64,000 nt of DNA from a virus (IMGVR_UViG_3300024246_000004:27446-91445); one strand, 5' to 3'. Positions 25,641 through 34,897 are shown, counted from the first letter of the stretch. The notes: generated by a model from the letters alone, not told the origin. Numbers and translations are program-made.

Positions 25641-26640
25641 TCGCACGTTTATGCAGGTGGCACTACATAAAGGCCTGTTTGGCAGTGTGTTGACTCACTG
25701 GGAAGTACGTCTATTCCGGGCATTGCGGGCGCGAATCAGGGTTCAACTACATGCGCCGACGGGGGGCGCGACGTCACGACCTGCGCAAAGTCACCTTCGC
25801 TCACCGGCGGGTAAGCAACGGAGGCGTGAGCGACTGGAGTAGGCCGGTGGCGGGCATCCCCTCAGTACCGCGTACGCGTGCCTGCGTTCCGCGCGTACGA
25901 ACGCAGGCACGCGAGACTGGGGTACTCCAGTAGGCGCCCCCCAAGGGCCCTCCCTGCGCTTGTGCTGCATAAGAGTGATTATGCATGAGATGGAATGCCC
26001 ACATAGGGCGCAATACGGGCATCACGTTCCATGATTCGCTCACATGTGCGACTGGCGCACTCCAGTGGAAGCCCCCTACGGGCCGCTGTGCCACTGGCAC
26101 ACCCCAGTAGGCGCTGTGTACCGAGGCACGGGTGTACGGCGCTCCACGGTGCCCTACAGGGCCAGGAATCGCACTCCACTGGGCTACTCCACTGGCACAC
26201 TCCAGTGGAAACACCCCCCACCCCACTGGAGTATTCCAGTATTGAGGTACTCCACTTGGGCACATACATGCAGGTGGGGCCACTGGTGTACCCCAGTAGG
26301 GGGCCTACATATAGGCATGCATACACACTGGGGTACCACAGTAGGGCCACCTGTGTACGTACGGGTGTGTGCACTGTGGGTGTACACACATAGGCCCCCA
26401 TGGGACAGGCACACGGGGGTCCTACGTACATCCATGCATGGGCATGCCGCCTAGGTGCGTGCACGTTCACGTGTGGGCATGCGGGGGTGGCACCGGCTCT
26501 CACCTGCATGTGCCCGTGCGTGTGTCAACCTGTGAGTTCGCGCACGTCAAGGGGATGATAACTCAACCTCAAGGGGCTGATGTGGGCACCGCGCGGCGTC
26601 CCCCCGTTCTACGTGGTTCCCCCATCCGCCCTTCAGCTTA
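25641..26640. repeat. About 1 kb non-coding, lower-GC, repeat-dense region (CCACTGG/CCAGTGG, CCCAGTAGG, TTATGCA motifs; 14-bp-stem hairpin at 25871-25908)
   Basis: More than 12 copies of (A/C)CTCCAGTGG / CCACTGG within 26040-26350; no credible ORF. Confidence 0.55.
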
Positions 26641-26664
26641 ACGTATCCGTGTTACACTTCCCCC

Positions 26665-26919
26665 GTGCCCGACTCCCAGATCCGCAGCGAGCTCATCACC
26701 CGCCTCGCGTACGCCATCCGCAACCGGATGCCCGACGCCCCGGATCCGGAGCTGCTGGCACGGGTGTCCCTGGATGCGTTGCCGGACGGCACGCAGTGGC
26801 TGATGCGCATGGCGGAGCACTACCAGGCGCGGGCGGATGCGGCGGAGGCGCTGCTGGTGGCGAGGGTTGAGCCTGTGAGGCACAATCCGCTGTGTCGGCT
26901 GTTGTTGCGGCGCCGCTAG
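26665..26919 (+). CDS. Hypothetical protein
   Basis: GTG start 17 nt downstream of a TTAACGTATCC motif. Confidence 0.4.
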   Translation: MPDSQIRSELITRLAYAIRNRMPDAPDPELLARVSLDALPDGTQWLMRMAEHYQARADAAEALLVARVEPVRHNPLCRLLLRRR

Positions 26920-26922
26920 GGC

Positions 26923-27123
26923 TTACCACCCTTGGGGCGTGCTGTGCCTGCGTGCACGCCTGCACACCGTGCATTCTACGGGCGCCAGCCCTCCGTAGGC
27001 CGCTGGCCGGTTCTCGTGCCCCCCGGTGCACTTCCACGCGGCTTTGGGGCAGTCGGGCAGGTGGTCGGCTTCCCCTTCGGCGAACCATTCCTCGCAGATG
27101 CAGTCGTTCCCCCAGATTCTCAC
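26923..27123 (-). CDS. Cys-rich small protein
   Basis: GTG directly after a GATACGTTAAGC motif (leaderless-like); CICEEW...CPKAAWKC...CTVC. Confidence 0.35.
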   Translation of the reverse strand: MRIWGNDCICEEWFAEGEADHLPDCPKAAWKCTGGHENRPAAYGGLAPVECTVCRRARRHSTPQGW

Positions 27124-27137
27124 GCTTAACGTATCCC

Positions 27138-27455
27138 CTACCCCAGTCTGCGGATCCCGGTGACGATGTCCACGGCGACGAGGTAGGTGATGCTGCCGTC
27201 TTCGCGTTCGCAGGTGTAGTACTCGGTGTCGCCTTCTTGGGCGGTCGTCACGTCGAGTTGGAAGCTTTTCGGGGAGTCCTCGGTGGCGTGTGCGTGCACG
27301 GTGACGCCCCTGGTCCAGGTGTGTCCGTGGACGCGCTGGGTGGAGGCGAGCAGTTCCCCTGTGGCGGCGTGTGTGGTGTGCAGGTAGACGTCGTACGCGG
27401 TGAGTTCCTGGTCGTCGTCGCGCCGGGGGTACCACAGGGATTGTACGGTGGGCAT
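27138..27455 (-). CDS. Hypothetical protein
   Basis: SD TAAGGAC-ATG preceded by GATACGTTAAAC. Confidence 0.5.
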   Translation of the reverse strand: MPTVQSLWYPRRDDDQELTAYDVYLHTTHAATGELLASTQRVHGHTWTRGVTVHAHATEDSPKSFQLDVTTAQEGDTEYYTCEREDGSITYLVAVDIVTGIRRLG

Positions 27456-27464
27456 GTCCTTAGT

Positions 27465-27632
27465 TTAACGTATCCGGTCTTCCGGCAGCACTGTCCAGCT
27501 CATCCCGTCGGGCACTTCGAGGACGTCCCGGTAGTCGCACCGGTGGCACCACCAGCTCCATACGGTGAACGCGAAACGCTTGTGGTTCGCGGTGAAGTGG
27601 GAGCGGTGCCCTGTGACTTTGACTTTGCTCAC
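27465..27632 (-). CDS. Hypothetical small protein
   Basis: SD GGAGAGGG then GTG; coupled GTGA with the upstream gene. Confidence 0.4.
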   Translation of the reverse strand: MSKVKVTGHRSHFTANHKRFAFTVWSWWCHRCDYRDVLEVPDGMSWTVLPEDRIR

Positions 27633-27823
27633 GCGTCCCTCTCCGGTTCCTCGCTGCGCGTCGAGGGCCCCAAGCACCAGGTGGTCTCCACCTTCGCCCA
27701 CAGCTGCCGCGTGTTCTCGCCTTCGGCGTCGGGCCAGCCGCAGGTGCAGGCTAGTTCGCCGCCGTCGCGGTACATGATCCCGACGGTGCCGTCCAGGTGC
27801 AGGGCGAGGGCTTCAAGGTCCAC
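27629..27823 (-). CDS. Hypothetical small protein
   Basis: ORF. Confidence 0.4.
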   Translation of the reverse strand: MDLEALALHLDGTVGIMYRDGGELACTCGWPDAEGENTRQLWAKVETTWCLGPSTRSEEPERDA

Positions 27824-28016
27824 GGCCGATCCATTCGTCCAGGATGATCATGACGAGCGAGTAGTCGTCGCAGGGCTGCGCCATGCAGTGCCACTGCCAG
27901 TTGCGTTCCCAGTCGATGCCCCCGGCGGGGTCGTCGCGGAACGCCAGCCGCCCGCCGATCTTGTGGACGCAGGCGTCCCAGCCGTGGCAGGGGCAGGTGG
28001 GCCGCTCGTTTTCCAT
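27813..28016 (-). CDS. Cys/His-rich small protein
   Basis: ORF; first gene of the leftward unit that starts at the 28.05-28.30 kb control region. Confidence 0.4.
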   Translation of the reverse strand: MENERPTCPCHGWDACVHKIGGRLAFRDDPAGGIDWERNWQWHCMAQPCDDYSLVMIILDEWIGRGP

Positions 28017-28089
28017 GGCTCCAGGGTAGCGCTCCGCGCCCGCTTAACGTAGCCGCCTGAAAGGCCCTTCGGGTTCGGCTCGGACAGGG

Positions 28090-28300
28090 GCCCTCTTTAT
28101 ATATAAGGAATTTGCCCGGAACGTGCCGTTGACCTGGGAACTTACGGTACCGTAAGTTACGACGTGGCGTAACAAATACTGCAACGGATCGTATATGCGG
28201 GCCTCGGTGGTTTAGGCCAGTATACACGGTGCCGCCCTCGCGCAGACATGCTCTAGACTGTATGCCAGTTTACGAATCCTCGTAAGTTGACGGCGGCGCG
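28090..28300. promoter_or_regulatory. Divergent AT-richer control region: 20-bp perfect palindrome AACTTACGGTACCGTAAGTT (28139-28158), a further CGTAAGTT copy at 28281, TTGACC at 28128, and CTTTATATATAAGG
   Basis: Palindrome checked by hand; leftward genes start at 28016 and the winged-helix gene at 28306. Confidence 0.6.
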
Positions 28301-28305
28301 GAGCG

Positions 28306-28779
28306 GTGATGGCGGAAGTCAACGAGAAGGACTACTATGTCGTCCTCAACCCACGCACCGGCGAACTGGCGAAGCCCAAGAAGAAGAAGCCGGGAAGGTA
28401 TGGTTATCGCATGGGCCAGTACGTCACGGTCGGCCAGTTGGACGCGGAGGCGCTGGCGGACCTGAACCTCACCGCGATGGAGTGGCGCACTTTCTGGCTG
28501 ATCGTCGCGAAGTGCGAGGTGCACGGCTGGACCCCCTTCGTGGCCACGAAGCTAGCCGAACGGCTGGGGACCACGCAGCCCTACATGTCCCGCGTCCTGA
28601 AGAGGCTTGTGGATGTCGGGCTGCTGCTGCGCGCGGAGTACGGGGACGGCCATTCGCACCGCTACCGCCTCAACCCCGCGCACGTCTTCAAGGGCGACAC
28701 CCAGCAGCACCAAGATGCCCTGCGCGAGACCGACGCACGCCCCGTCTCCGCACCGCGCCCGGCGGCCCCACCGGCTTAA
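28306..28779 (+). CDS. Winged-helix / HTH DNA-binding protein (candidate early regulator or replication-control protein)
   Basis: ...TKLAERLGTTQPYMSRVLKRLVDVGLLLR... has an HTH-like pattern; first gene after the palindromic control region. Confidence 0.5.
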   Translation: MMAEVNEKDYYVVLNPRTGELAKPKKKKPGRYGYRMGQYVTVGQLDAEALADLNLTAMEWRTFWLIVAKCEVHGWTPFVATKLAERLGTTQPYMSRVLKRLVDVGLLLRAEYGDGHSHRYRLNPAHVFKGDTQQHQDALRETDARPVSAPRPAAPPA

Positions 28780-28800
28780 CGTATCTGCTACACTCTCCCC

Positions 28801-28908
28801 ATGAAAACTCCCCGCACTCCCCTCGGCGCGTGGATGGCGTCCATCGCGGTCGCCGTCGTCGCCGCAGCGGTCGGCGCCGCCCTCCAGCTGACGGTCCTGA
28901 GCCGGTGA
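28801..28908 (+). CDS. Small membrane peptide (35 aa)
   Basis: TTAACGTATC motif 16 nt upstream; hydrophobic helix; stop overlaps the next GTG. Confidence 0.4.
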   Translation: MKTPRTPLGAWMASIAVAVVAAAVGAALQLTVLSR

Positions 28909-29768
28909 GCCGCCTCACCCGCTCCCAGATCGCGCAGATCGAGCAGCACCTTCAGGCCGCGATCAACGACTACCCCGTGGCCGCCGAGCACTACGCCTAC
29001 GTCTCCACCCTGCTGGCGCACATCCAGGCCGACTTCTCCCAGCTACTCGCGGAGTTCCCCTTCGACGCTCCGGCCGAGGCACAGATCCATTCCAGTTACT
29101 CCTTGATCGTCGCCGCCGTCCTGCGCACGCAGAACCCGTTCGAGCAGACCCCGGAGGAGCGCGCCGCGCAGATCGTCGAGGCTTTGCCCCGTGCCGAGGC
29201 GCAGGAGATCGCGCGCCTGAAGGCGGAGCTGAAGAAGGCCGGGAAGGCGTACGGCAGGGCCTCTGCCGCGATCGGGAGCCTGCGCCGCGATCTGGCGATG
29301 GCGCGCCTCTACAGCGTCTACTGGAGGCAGTGCCAGGAGTCCGAGTGCGTGCGCTGCCGCACCGTCTTCGCCGAGACCCCCTTCTACGAACGCCTGCCCA
29401 GCGCCGAGGAGATCGCCAACGCCCCCCGCCGGAAGATCAAGCTCCCGGACGCTCCGGTGGTCGGCAAGGGCCAGTTCGAGGACCCCGGCAGCCTGGAGGC
29501 CCTCCAGCGTGAACGCTCCCGCACGCGTCCATGGAGCACCTTCGCCGCCGCGATCGAGGATGACGCCGAGGCGGACGCGGTGATGGCGCAGGAGCTGGCC
29601 GACGACGGGGTGCGCATCTGCGCCGCCGCGTACACCGACTCCGGCCGCGACACCGGCCACGCCCTGTGCGGCTCTGCCGAGGGCCCGCTCGCGGTGGACA
29701 ACAACACGGTCAGCTGCCTGGACTGCGTGCGCCTGCTGGAGGACGGCTGGGCCGTGGAGGAGGACTGA
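28905..29768 (+). CDS. Hypothetical protein with C-terminal Cys cluster
   Basis: GTG coupled to the upstream stop; CVRCR...C...C...CLDC. Confidence 0.45.
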   Translation: MSRLTRSQIAQIEQHLQAAINDYPVAAEHYAYVSTLLAHIQADFSQLLAEFPFDAPAEAQIHSSYSLIVAAVLRTQNPFEQTPEERAAQIVEALPRAEAQEIARLKAELKKAGKAYGRASAAIGSLRRDLAMARLYSVYWRQCQESECVRCRTVFAETPFYERLPSAEEIANAPRRKIKLPDAPVVGKGQFEDPGSLEALQRERSRTRPWSTFAAAIEDDAEADAVMAQELADDGVRICAAAYTDSGRDTGHALCGSAEGPLAVDNNTVSCLDCVRLLEDGWAVEED

Positions 29769-29962
29769 TGCGCAACTGGCGTACGGGTACTTTGGGCTAC
29801 TGGGACAGGATGCCGAACGGCAACCATGTCTTTGAGCCGAACCTGAACGGCGCCGTGCAGATGGTCGAGGTGATGGATGACACGGGCAACGAGGCGACGG
29901 TCGTGCAGGAAGTAGACGAAGAGGGCTTCACGGTCCTCGTGTGGCGCGTCCAGATCGACTAG
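29768..29962 (+). CDS. Hypothetical small protein
   Basis: ATG overlaps the upstream stop (TGATG). Confidence 0.45.
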   Translation: MRNWRTGTLGYWDRMPNGNHVFEPNLNGAVQMVEVMDDTGNEATVVQEVDEEGFTVLVWRVQID

Positions 29963-30245
29963 CGTACCCCAAACCAGCCGTCCGCCATGGTGTCCGGGGA
30001 GAACCCGGAACGGGGTTCCTGGTGTACTGCCCCTCATGAAACAGCGGGCGGCGTTCTCATCTCCACGATGCGACAGCAACGGTTGCATGTACGCGCCTCG
30101 ACGACCCGCGCCCAGTTGAGGCTTCGCCAGTCGCCGGGGTCATGCCTGCGCGGGCACGGGTCAAGGCAGAGCCTGATCGCATGCATCCGCATCCGGTGCC
30201 AGCGGTTGTGCACCTGCTTGCGGCTGCCGCCCGTGAAGTACCTGA

Positions 30246-30755
30246 TCACCACTGCGCCAGCTCCTGGAGTGCCGTGTGGTCGTCGATCGCGTACTGCGGT
30301 TCGACCTCGCAGAGGTCTCCGTGGAAGCTCCAGCCGACCTCGAACAGCTCGATGCACTGCGCGCCAGGCCACTCGTCCGCCCGGAACCAGGGCATGATCA
30401 CGCGCGGGAGCCTGCCGCCGACCACCTTCCACGGGTTCTTCTCCTGCGGCGGCATGTTCGCCGGATCCTGGACGACGCTGACCTCGGTGACCTCCATGCG
30501 CCCACCCCGCTCGACGCCCCCCATGCTCAGTGACGGACAGACCATGAGCGTGAGCAGGCCGTTCCGGCTCACGACGATCTCCGTCGCGACCCCCAGCGCG
30601 CCGCCCGGCTCGTGGACCAGGGTGACGACCTTCCCGATGGGATACAGGCGTGGGCTGTGGTTGACGCGCAGCGTCGTGTCCGGCCAGAACATGGTCGAGA
30701 ATTCGCGCCCCCCGGGCGGTCGCACGCTCCCGAAGATGGTCAGCTCCCCGAACAT
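30246..30755 (-). CDS. Hypothetical protein (169 aa)
   Basis: SD GGGGGGTGG then ATG; protein-like composition. Confidence 0.45.
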   Translation of the reverse strand: MFGELTIFGSVRPPGGREFSTMFWPDTTLRVNHSPRLYPIGKVVTLVHEPGGALGVATEIVVSRNGLLTLMVCPSLSMGGVERGGRMEVTEVSVVQDPANMPPQEKNPWKVVGGRLPRVIMPWFRADEWPGAQCIELFEVGWSFHGDLCEVEPQYAIDDHTALQELAQW

Positions 30756-31068
30756 CAGCCCACCACCCCCCGGTGGATGCGTCGCCACGCGTACTGCCCG
30801 CACGCGAAACACGTCGAGCCGAGGATTCCCGGGCTTACCGGGGGGACCGTCCCGTGTCTCCACAGGTGCCGGTCCGACACGACGCTGTGCCGTCTGCGCC
30901 GCACGCAGTTGCCGTCGGTGCAGTGTTCGCGCACCGCGCGGCCGATCTCCTCCAGGATGACGTCCGCGCAGCAGTCGAACTCGTCGCGCGGCAACCCCTG
31001 CGGGTCAATGTGTGTAGGCGGCTGGTGCTCACGCAGCACTCTCGCCAGCCGCACTCTCAGATCCTGCA

Positions 31069-31464
31069 TCAGTCCTCTTCCACCCATTGCCCGTTACGGC
31101 GTATCTCGACCTTGATGTCTGTGGCCTGTGCGGGCTTGTCGTTGCGCACCCACCGGCCGCCCTCAAACTTCCAGGCGTATCCCCGGTTCGCGCCCTCGCC
31201 GCCCTCATGCAGTTGGCGGTTCAACCACAGCTTGAACTTCGGGTGCGCCGCCATCCGCTTGAACGCGGCCCTCCGGTTTTGCAGCTGGCTGCGTTCCTCC
31301 CGACTTTCGCCGACCGCACCAGAGGGCTCATGCACGATCCTGATGCCGGTGTTGCGCTTGTTCTGGTTCTGGCCGCCGGGACCGCCGGAGCGGAACTCGT
31401 CCACCCGGCAGTCGCTGATCTTGACACTGAGTACCAGTTTACGTTCGTTCACGCCGCCCATCAT
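31069..31464 (-). CDS. ArfB-like peptidyl-tRNA hydrolase (RF-1 domain, GGQ motif)
   Basis: FRSGGPGGQNQNKRNTGIRIVHEPSG matches the class-I release-factor / ArfB catalytic GGQ region; about 130 aa with a basic C-terminal tail, as in ArfB. Confidence 0.7.
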   Translation of the reverse strand: MMGGVNERKLVLSVKISDCRVDEFRSGGPGGQNQNKRNTGIRIVHEPSGAVGESREERSQLQNRRAAFKRMAAHPKFKLWLNRQLHEGGEGANRGYAWKFEGGRWVRNDKPAQATDIKVEIRRNGQWVEED

Positions 31465-31888
31465 CGCACGGGTGGTGGCCGTAGGCGAAGAACCACTTGT
31501 TGGCCTTGCGGAACTTCCCGTTCAGCCAGAAACCCCAGGAGCGCCTCGGGCGGCCGGTGACCAGGACCGTCCACGCCCCGCCCGCGTCCGGCACGACCGT
31601 GTGGCGGTGCAGTGCCGGGCGATACCGCACTGAGCCCGCCCGCAGGTGCTCGTCGCCGTCAGGGTTCTTATCTACGTACCCCCCGCGCAGCACTAGCGTA
31701 ACAAACCACCACGGGTGATCATGGAAGGCCCGGTCGTCGTCGGGACCCAGCCAGTGGTGGACGCGCAGCGAGCCGAGCGGCGTTTCCAGGCGCCAGCGGA
31801 TGACGTACGGGCATTCCGGCAGGCCGAGCTTCTCGGCCCACCTCACCAGTCCCAGGGGATGATTTCGAGTCACCGACCTCTGCTTCAT
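31439..31888 (-). CDS. Hypothetical protein
   Basis: ORF (HDHPWWF...); overlaps the ArfB start. Confidence 0.4.
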   Translation of the reverse strand: MKQRSVTRNHPLGLVRWAEKLGLPECPYVIRWRLETPLGSLRVHHWLGPDDDRAFHDHPWWFVTLVLRGGYVDKNPDGDEHLRAGSVRYRPALHRHTVVPDAGGAWTVLVTGRPRRSWGFWLNGKFRKANKWFFAYGHHPCDDGRRERT

Positions 31889-31956
31889 CTGAGCAGCGCT
31901 CTGCCTCTGAGCTACCCTGAGTCGCCGCACACCTCCGTGGCGCGTCGGCTCCCACC

Positions 31957-32319
31957 CTAGCACGGCTTGGCTGCCGCACGCCGCGAAGCCCAGTGCGCCA
32001 GGCAGTTCGGCCGTGCGCACACCACCGCGAGCAGCAGGTTGCCGTGGCTGGACGGCACCCATTGCACGATCGCGACGCTCGGGATGTCCGTGCCCAGCAC
32101 CTCGGACCCACAGGTCGCGCACTTCGTGTCGTCCACGGGCGCGGGCCAGCGCGTCCCCTCGTGCCGTGAGAGCCGGTGGGCGCGGCGTTCCTTCATTCGC
32201 TCCAGCCGCTGCTCGTCGGTGGGCTCGACGTACTGGTGCCAGCCGAGCCCCTGACTCCACAGGCCGGGATGGCTGCGCTTGAGCACCCCGCAGTGCCTGC
32301 ACCCGTTCGGCTCAGTCAC
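31957..32319 (-). CDS. Zn-finger-like hypothetical protein
   Basis: CRHCG...CATCG...CARPNC. Confidence 0.4.
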   Translation of the reverse strand: MTEPNGCRHCGVLKRSHPGLWSQGLGWHQYVEPTDEQRLERMKERRAHRLSRHEGTRWPAPVDDTKCATCGSEVLGTDIPSVAIVQWVPSSHGNLLLAVVCARPNCLAHWASRRAAAKPC

Positions 32320-32578
32320 CGTCCACCACCGCCCACCGCTTCATCCCCGCGAACCACTCGACTCCGGTGACGTGCCAGCGGTTGCCGCGCAGCCATGTCA
32401 GTTCGTAGCCGCCCTCGGGATCCACCTCGCTGGGGGTGATCTGGACGCCCAGCTCGTACGCCCTGTTCAGTAGGGCTGCGAAGTCGCGGGCGATCCCTTC
32501 TGCGGCCCTATCCACGAAGGCCTGGAACCGTGCTTCGAGTTCGAGTGCGGACGGCGCTGGTTTCACTGGCTTCTGCAT
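32312..32578 (-). CDS. Hypothetical protein
   Basis: GATCTACGTTAGG motif 13 nt upstream of the ATG on the coding strand. Confidence 0.45.
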   Translation of the reverse strand: MQKPVKPAPSALELEARFQAFVDRAAEGIARDFAALLNRAYELGVQITPSEVDPEGGYELTWLRGNRWHVTGVEWFAGMKRWAVVDGD

Positions 32579-32668
32579 GCGCCCAGCCTAACGTAGATCG
32601 TGCTACGCTGCCACAGCGCCCACGATGACACCGAAACCCATAATGCGTACGGCGCCCAAGGAGAACCT

Positions 32669-32983
32669 GTGGACCTCTTCGCGGACATCGCCGCAATCAA
32701 CGCCTGGCTGGACCGCAGCAACCCGCACGACGAGCACGAGGACTCGATGCGCGTCATGAAACTCGCGGAGGAATGCGGCGAGGCTATCGGCGCCTACATC
32801 GGCATGGTCGGCCAGAACCCCCGCAAGGGCAAGACACACACCATGGAGGACCTGCTGGGCGAGCTGGCGGACGTTGCGGTGACCGCGCTGTGCGCCATCC
32901 AGCACTTCACTCTCGACGCGGAGCTCGCCGAGCGCCTCGTGACGCACAAGGCGACCATGATCAAGGCGCGCGCAGGCCTCTAG
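32669..32983 (+). CDS. MazG-like nucleotide pyrophosphohydrolase (second copy)
   Basis: SD AAGGAGAACC then GTG; ...KLAEECGEA...DLLGELADVAVTAL... Confidence 0.55.
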   Translation: MDLFADIAAINAWLDRSNPHDEHEDSMRVMKLAEECGEAIGAYIGMVGQNPRKGKTHTMEDLLGELADVAVTALCAIQHFTLDAELAERLVTHKATMIKARAGL

Positions 32984-33230
32984 GCCTCCTCGCCGATCTG
33001 GCGCAGGTATTCCCGCGCCGTCGGCACGGTGCTGCGATGGTTCATGATGTCGCCCAGCACCGTGCCGCAGCGGTGCTCGCACGGGGCCTGTGGGTCGGCG
33101 CCCACGAACGCGTGGTACTGGCCGCGCGGGCACCGCACCGGGTCCAGTTCGTTCAGCCGCCGCATCCTGGTCGCCTGCCAGCAGTCGTACGGCTGCGTGT
33201 GCGCACCTGCGCACCATTCCTCGTGCCCCG

Positions 33231-33620
33231 TCACAGCAGCTCCTTGACTACCCGGAACGTCCCGCACGGCCACTCCACGGTCCCTTCGCCATAGTAGTCG
33301 CAGGCACAGCACTCGTTGCAGGTGATGGCGGTGCCGTTGTCCAGCACCGGCGCATGCAGGCCGAGGACGGCGAACGCCACGGTCTCCAGCTGCCGCTCGG
33401 CCTTGGCTCGCTGCTCGCGCCAGTCGGATTCGGCCGTCTCCAGGGCGTCCAGCATCGCCCGCTCGCGCCTTTCCCGCTCCAGCTGCCGGTCAGTGCGCGC
33501 CATGCGCTGGGCGTGCGTCTCCGGCGTTCCCGGCAGCGGCGCCGCGAAGGGCTGAAGGGCCGGGTACACCAGCTGTGCGGGCACTTCGAGGTCGAAAGGT
33601 GCAAAACCCTTGTCATCCAT
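33231..33620 (-). CDS. Hypothetical protein
   Basis: ORF. Confidence 0.45.
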   Translation of the reverse strand: MDDKGFAPFDLEVPAQLVYPALQPFAAPLPGTPETHAQRMARTDRQLERERRERAMLDALETAESDWREQRAKAERQLETVAFAVLGLHAPVLDNGTAITCNECCACDYYGEGTVEWPCGTFRVVKELL

Positions 33621-33885
33621 CGCACACCAACTCGTAGGTCTCGGCGAACACGCCCTCGTCGCAGGGGTAGAACTCGCCCCGCACGCCCTTGAGCACCCAG
33701 TCCCCGAGCTTCACCCTGATCCAGGTTCCGTGCAGCTCGTCGTAGATCCCTGCGACGCATCGGGGGTACTCAAGGAAGTGCTCCGGATAGAAGCACTTGT
33801 CAGCAAACCGCCAGACGTCCTCGGCGTTGTCGCCGGTCCACTGCACGGCTTCCACGTCCACGGGCTTCTTGCGGTAGAGGGCCAT
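33613..33885 (-). CDS. Hypothetical protein
   Basis: ORF; motif plus about 45-nt leader upstream. Confidence 0.45.
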   Translation of the reverse strand: MALYRKKPVDVEAVQWTGDNAEDVWRFADKCFYPEHFLEYPRCVAGIYDELHGTWIRVKLGDWVLKGVRGEFYPCDEGVFAETYELVCDG

Positions 33886-34002
33886 TCCCGGATTCTAGCG
33901 CGCCGCTGGACATCCCCACGAGACTAACGTATATTGTCCCCGGAGCCCATCGCACTCGCGGAACCCATGCGCGACCCGGCTCCCTCATCCGAAGGAGGCT
34001 TC

Positions 34003-34089
34003 ATGCGCAGTCGAGTTCTGTTGTGGATCGCCCGTACTTGCGAGGCGGGCGCCGGTGTGATTCTCGCCAACTGGCTGGTGCACCGATGA
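34003..34089 (+). CDS. Leader micro-ORF (28 aa, hydrophobic), translationally coupled to the next gene
   Basis: Strong SD GAAGGAGG 5 nt upstream; stop TGA overlaps the next ATG (ATGA). Confidence 0.45.
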   Translation: MRSRVLLWIARTCEAGAGVILANWLVHR

Positions 34090-34463
34090 CCGAGTGGTCC
34101 AAGTACGGTGCCCGGTCGGGCAACCATGCGCCCGACGTCATCCTGGTGGCCCGCGCCGACAGCGGCGCCATCACCTCCGCCGACCACGACGACCTGAAGA
34201 TGCGCTTGAACGCCGACGTCCCCGCCACGCTGGAGGTCGCGTCCCGGTTCGCCGGAATCGACGGGGACCACCACAAGCAGTGGGTCATCGACCAGATGGT
34301 CCGGCGCCTGACCGGCTGCCCCACCATCCTGGGCACCGCGATCCACGTCAACGGCCAGCCGTACACCTTCACCCGCCTCGGCGAATCCCCCGAGTACCTC
34401 GCCTGGATCGCCGAGTACAACCAGCCTGGCTACGACGACTGGGACGAAGGGATCGCTCCGTAG
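34086..34463 (+). CDS. Hypothetical protein
   Basis: ORF coupled to the leader peptide. Confidence 0.5.
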   Translation: MTEWSKYGARSGNHAPDVILVARADSGAITSADHDDLKMRLNADVPATLEVASRFAGIDGDHHKQWVIDQMVRRLTGCPTILGTAIHVNGQPYTFTRLGESPEYLAWIAEYNQPGYDDWDEGIAP

Positions 34464-34465
34464 TT

Positions 34466-34897
34466 TCACGGTGGCGGCGGAATTTCCTGTCGGGTGGTGA
34501 TCACCGGTGGCCGCACCGTCCAGCGTGGGTAGGCACCTCGGCCCTCCCACATCGCCTTGGACCGCTCGTTCTCGCGGTGCATCGGTGTGTCCTGCGGCAC
34601 CTTCGTGAGCGTGTACGCCAAACGCCACGTTGGCGGCCGTTCGGTACGCGAACGCCTCCAGCCGACGCCGTCCACCTCGTCCCAGAGGATCAGAACCCTG
34701 TTCCGGTGGGGGAGCTGCGCGGGCTCCACCTCTAGAACGGTCGCCAAGTCCCACGCCGCCTTCACCCGGTCGCCCGGCTGGAAGCTGTAGCGCTCCTGGC
34801 TCTGCCGCATACCGTCGGCCATCGCCTGTGGCATCCCCTCGGCGGCTTTGAGCAGCCTCTTCGATGGCGAACGCCACGGTAGCCAGTTCATCAGCAC
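34466..34897 (-). CDS. Hypothetical protein
   Basis: ORF. Confidence 0.45.
   Translation of the reverse strand: MLMNWLPWRSPSKRLLKAAEGMPQAMADGMRQSQERYSFQPGDRVKAAWDLATVLEVEPAQLPHRNRVLILWDEVDGVGWRRSRTERPPTWRLAYTLTKVPQDTPMHRENERSKAMWEGRGAYPRWTVRPPVITTRQEIPPPP

Noticed and set aside
30034-30432. 132-aa minus-strand ORF overlapping 30246-30755 in another frame
   Set aside because: Arg/Gly-rich N-terminal part. The overlapping frame (30246-30755) has protein-like composition and an SD. A short real gene may exist at 30034-30200 but could not be delimited.
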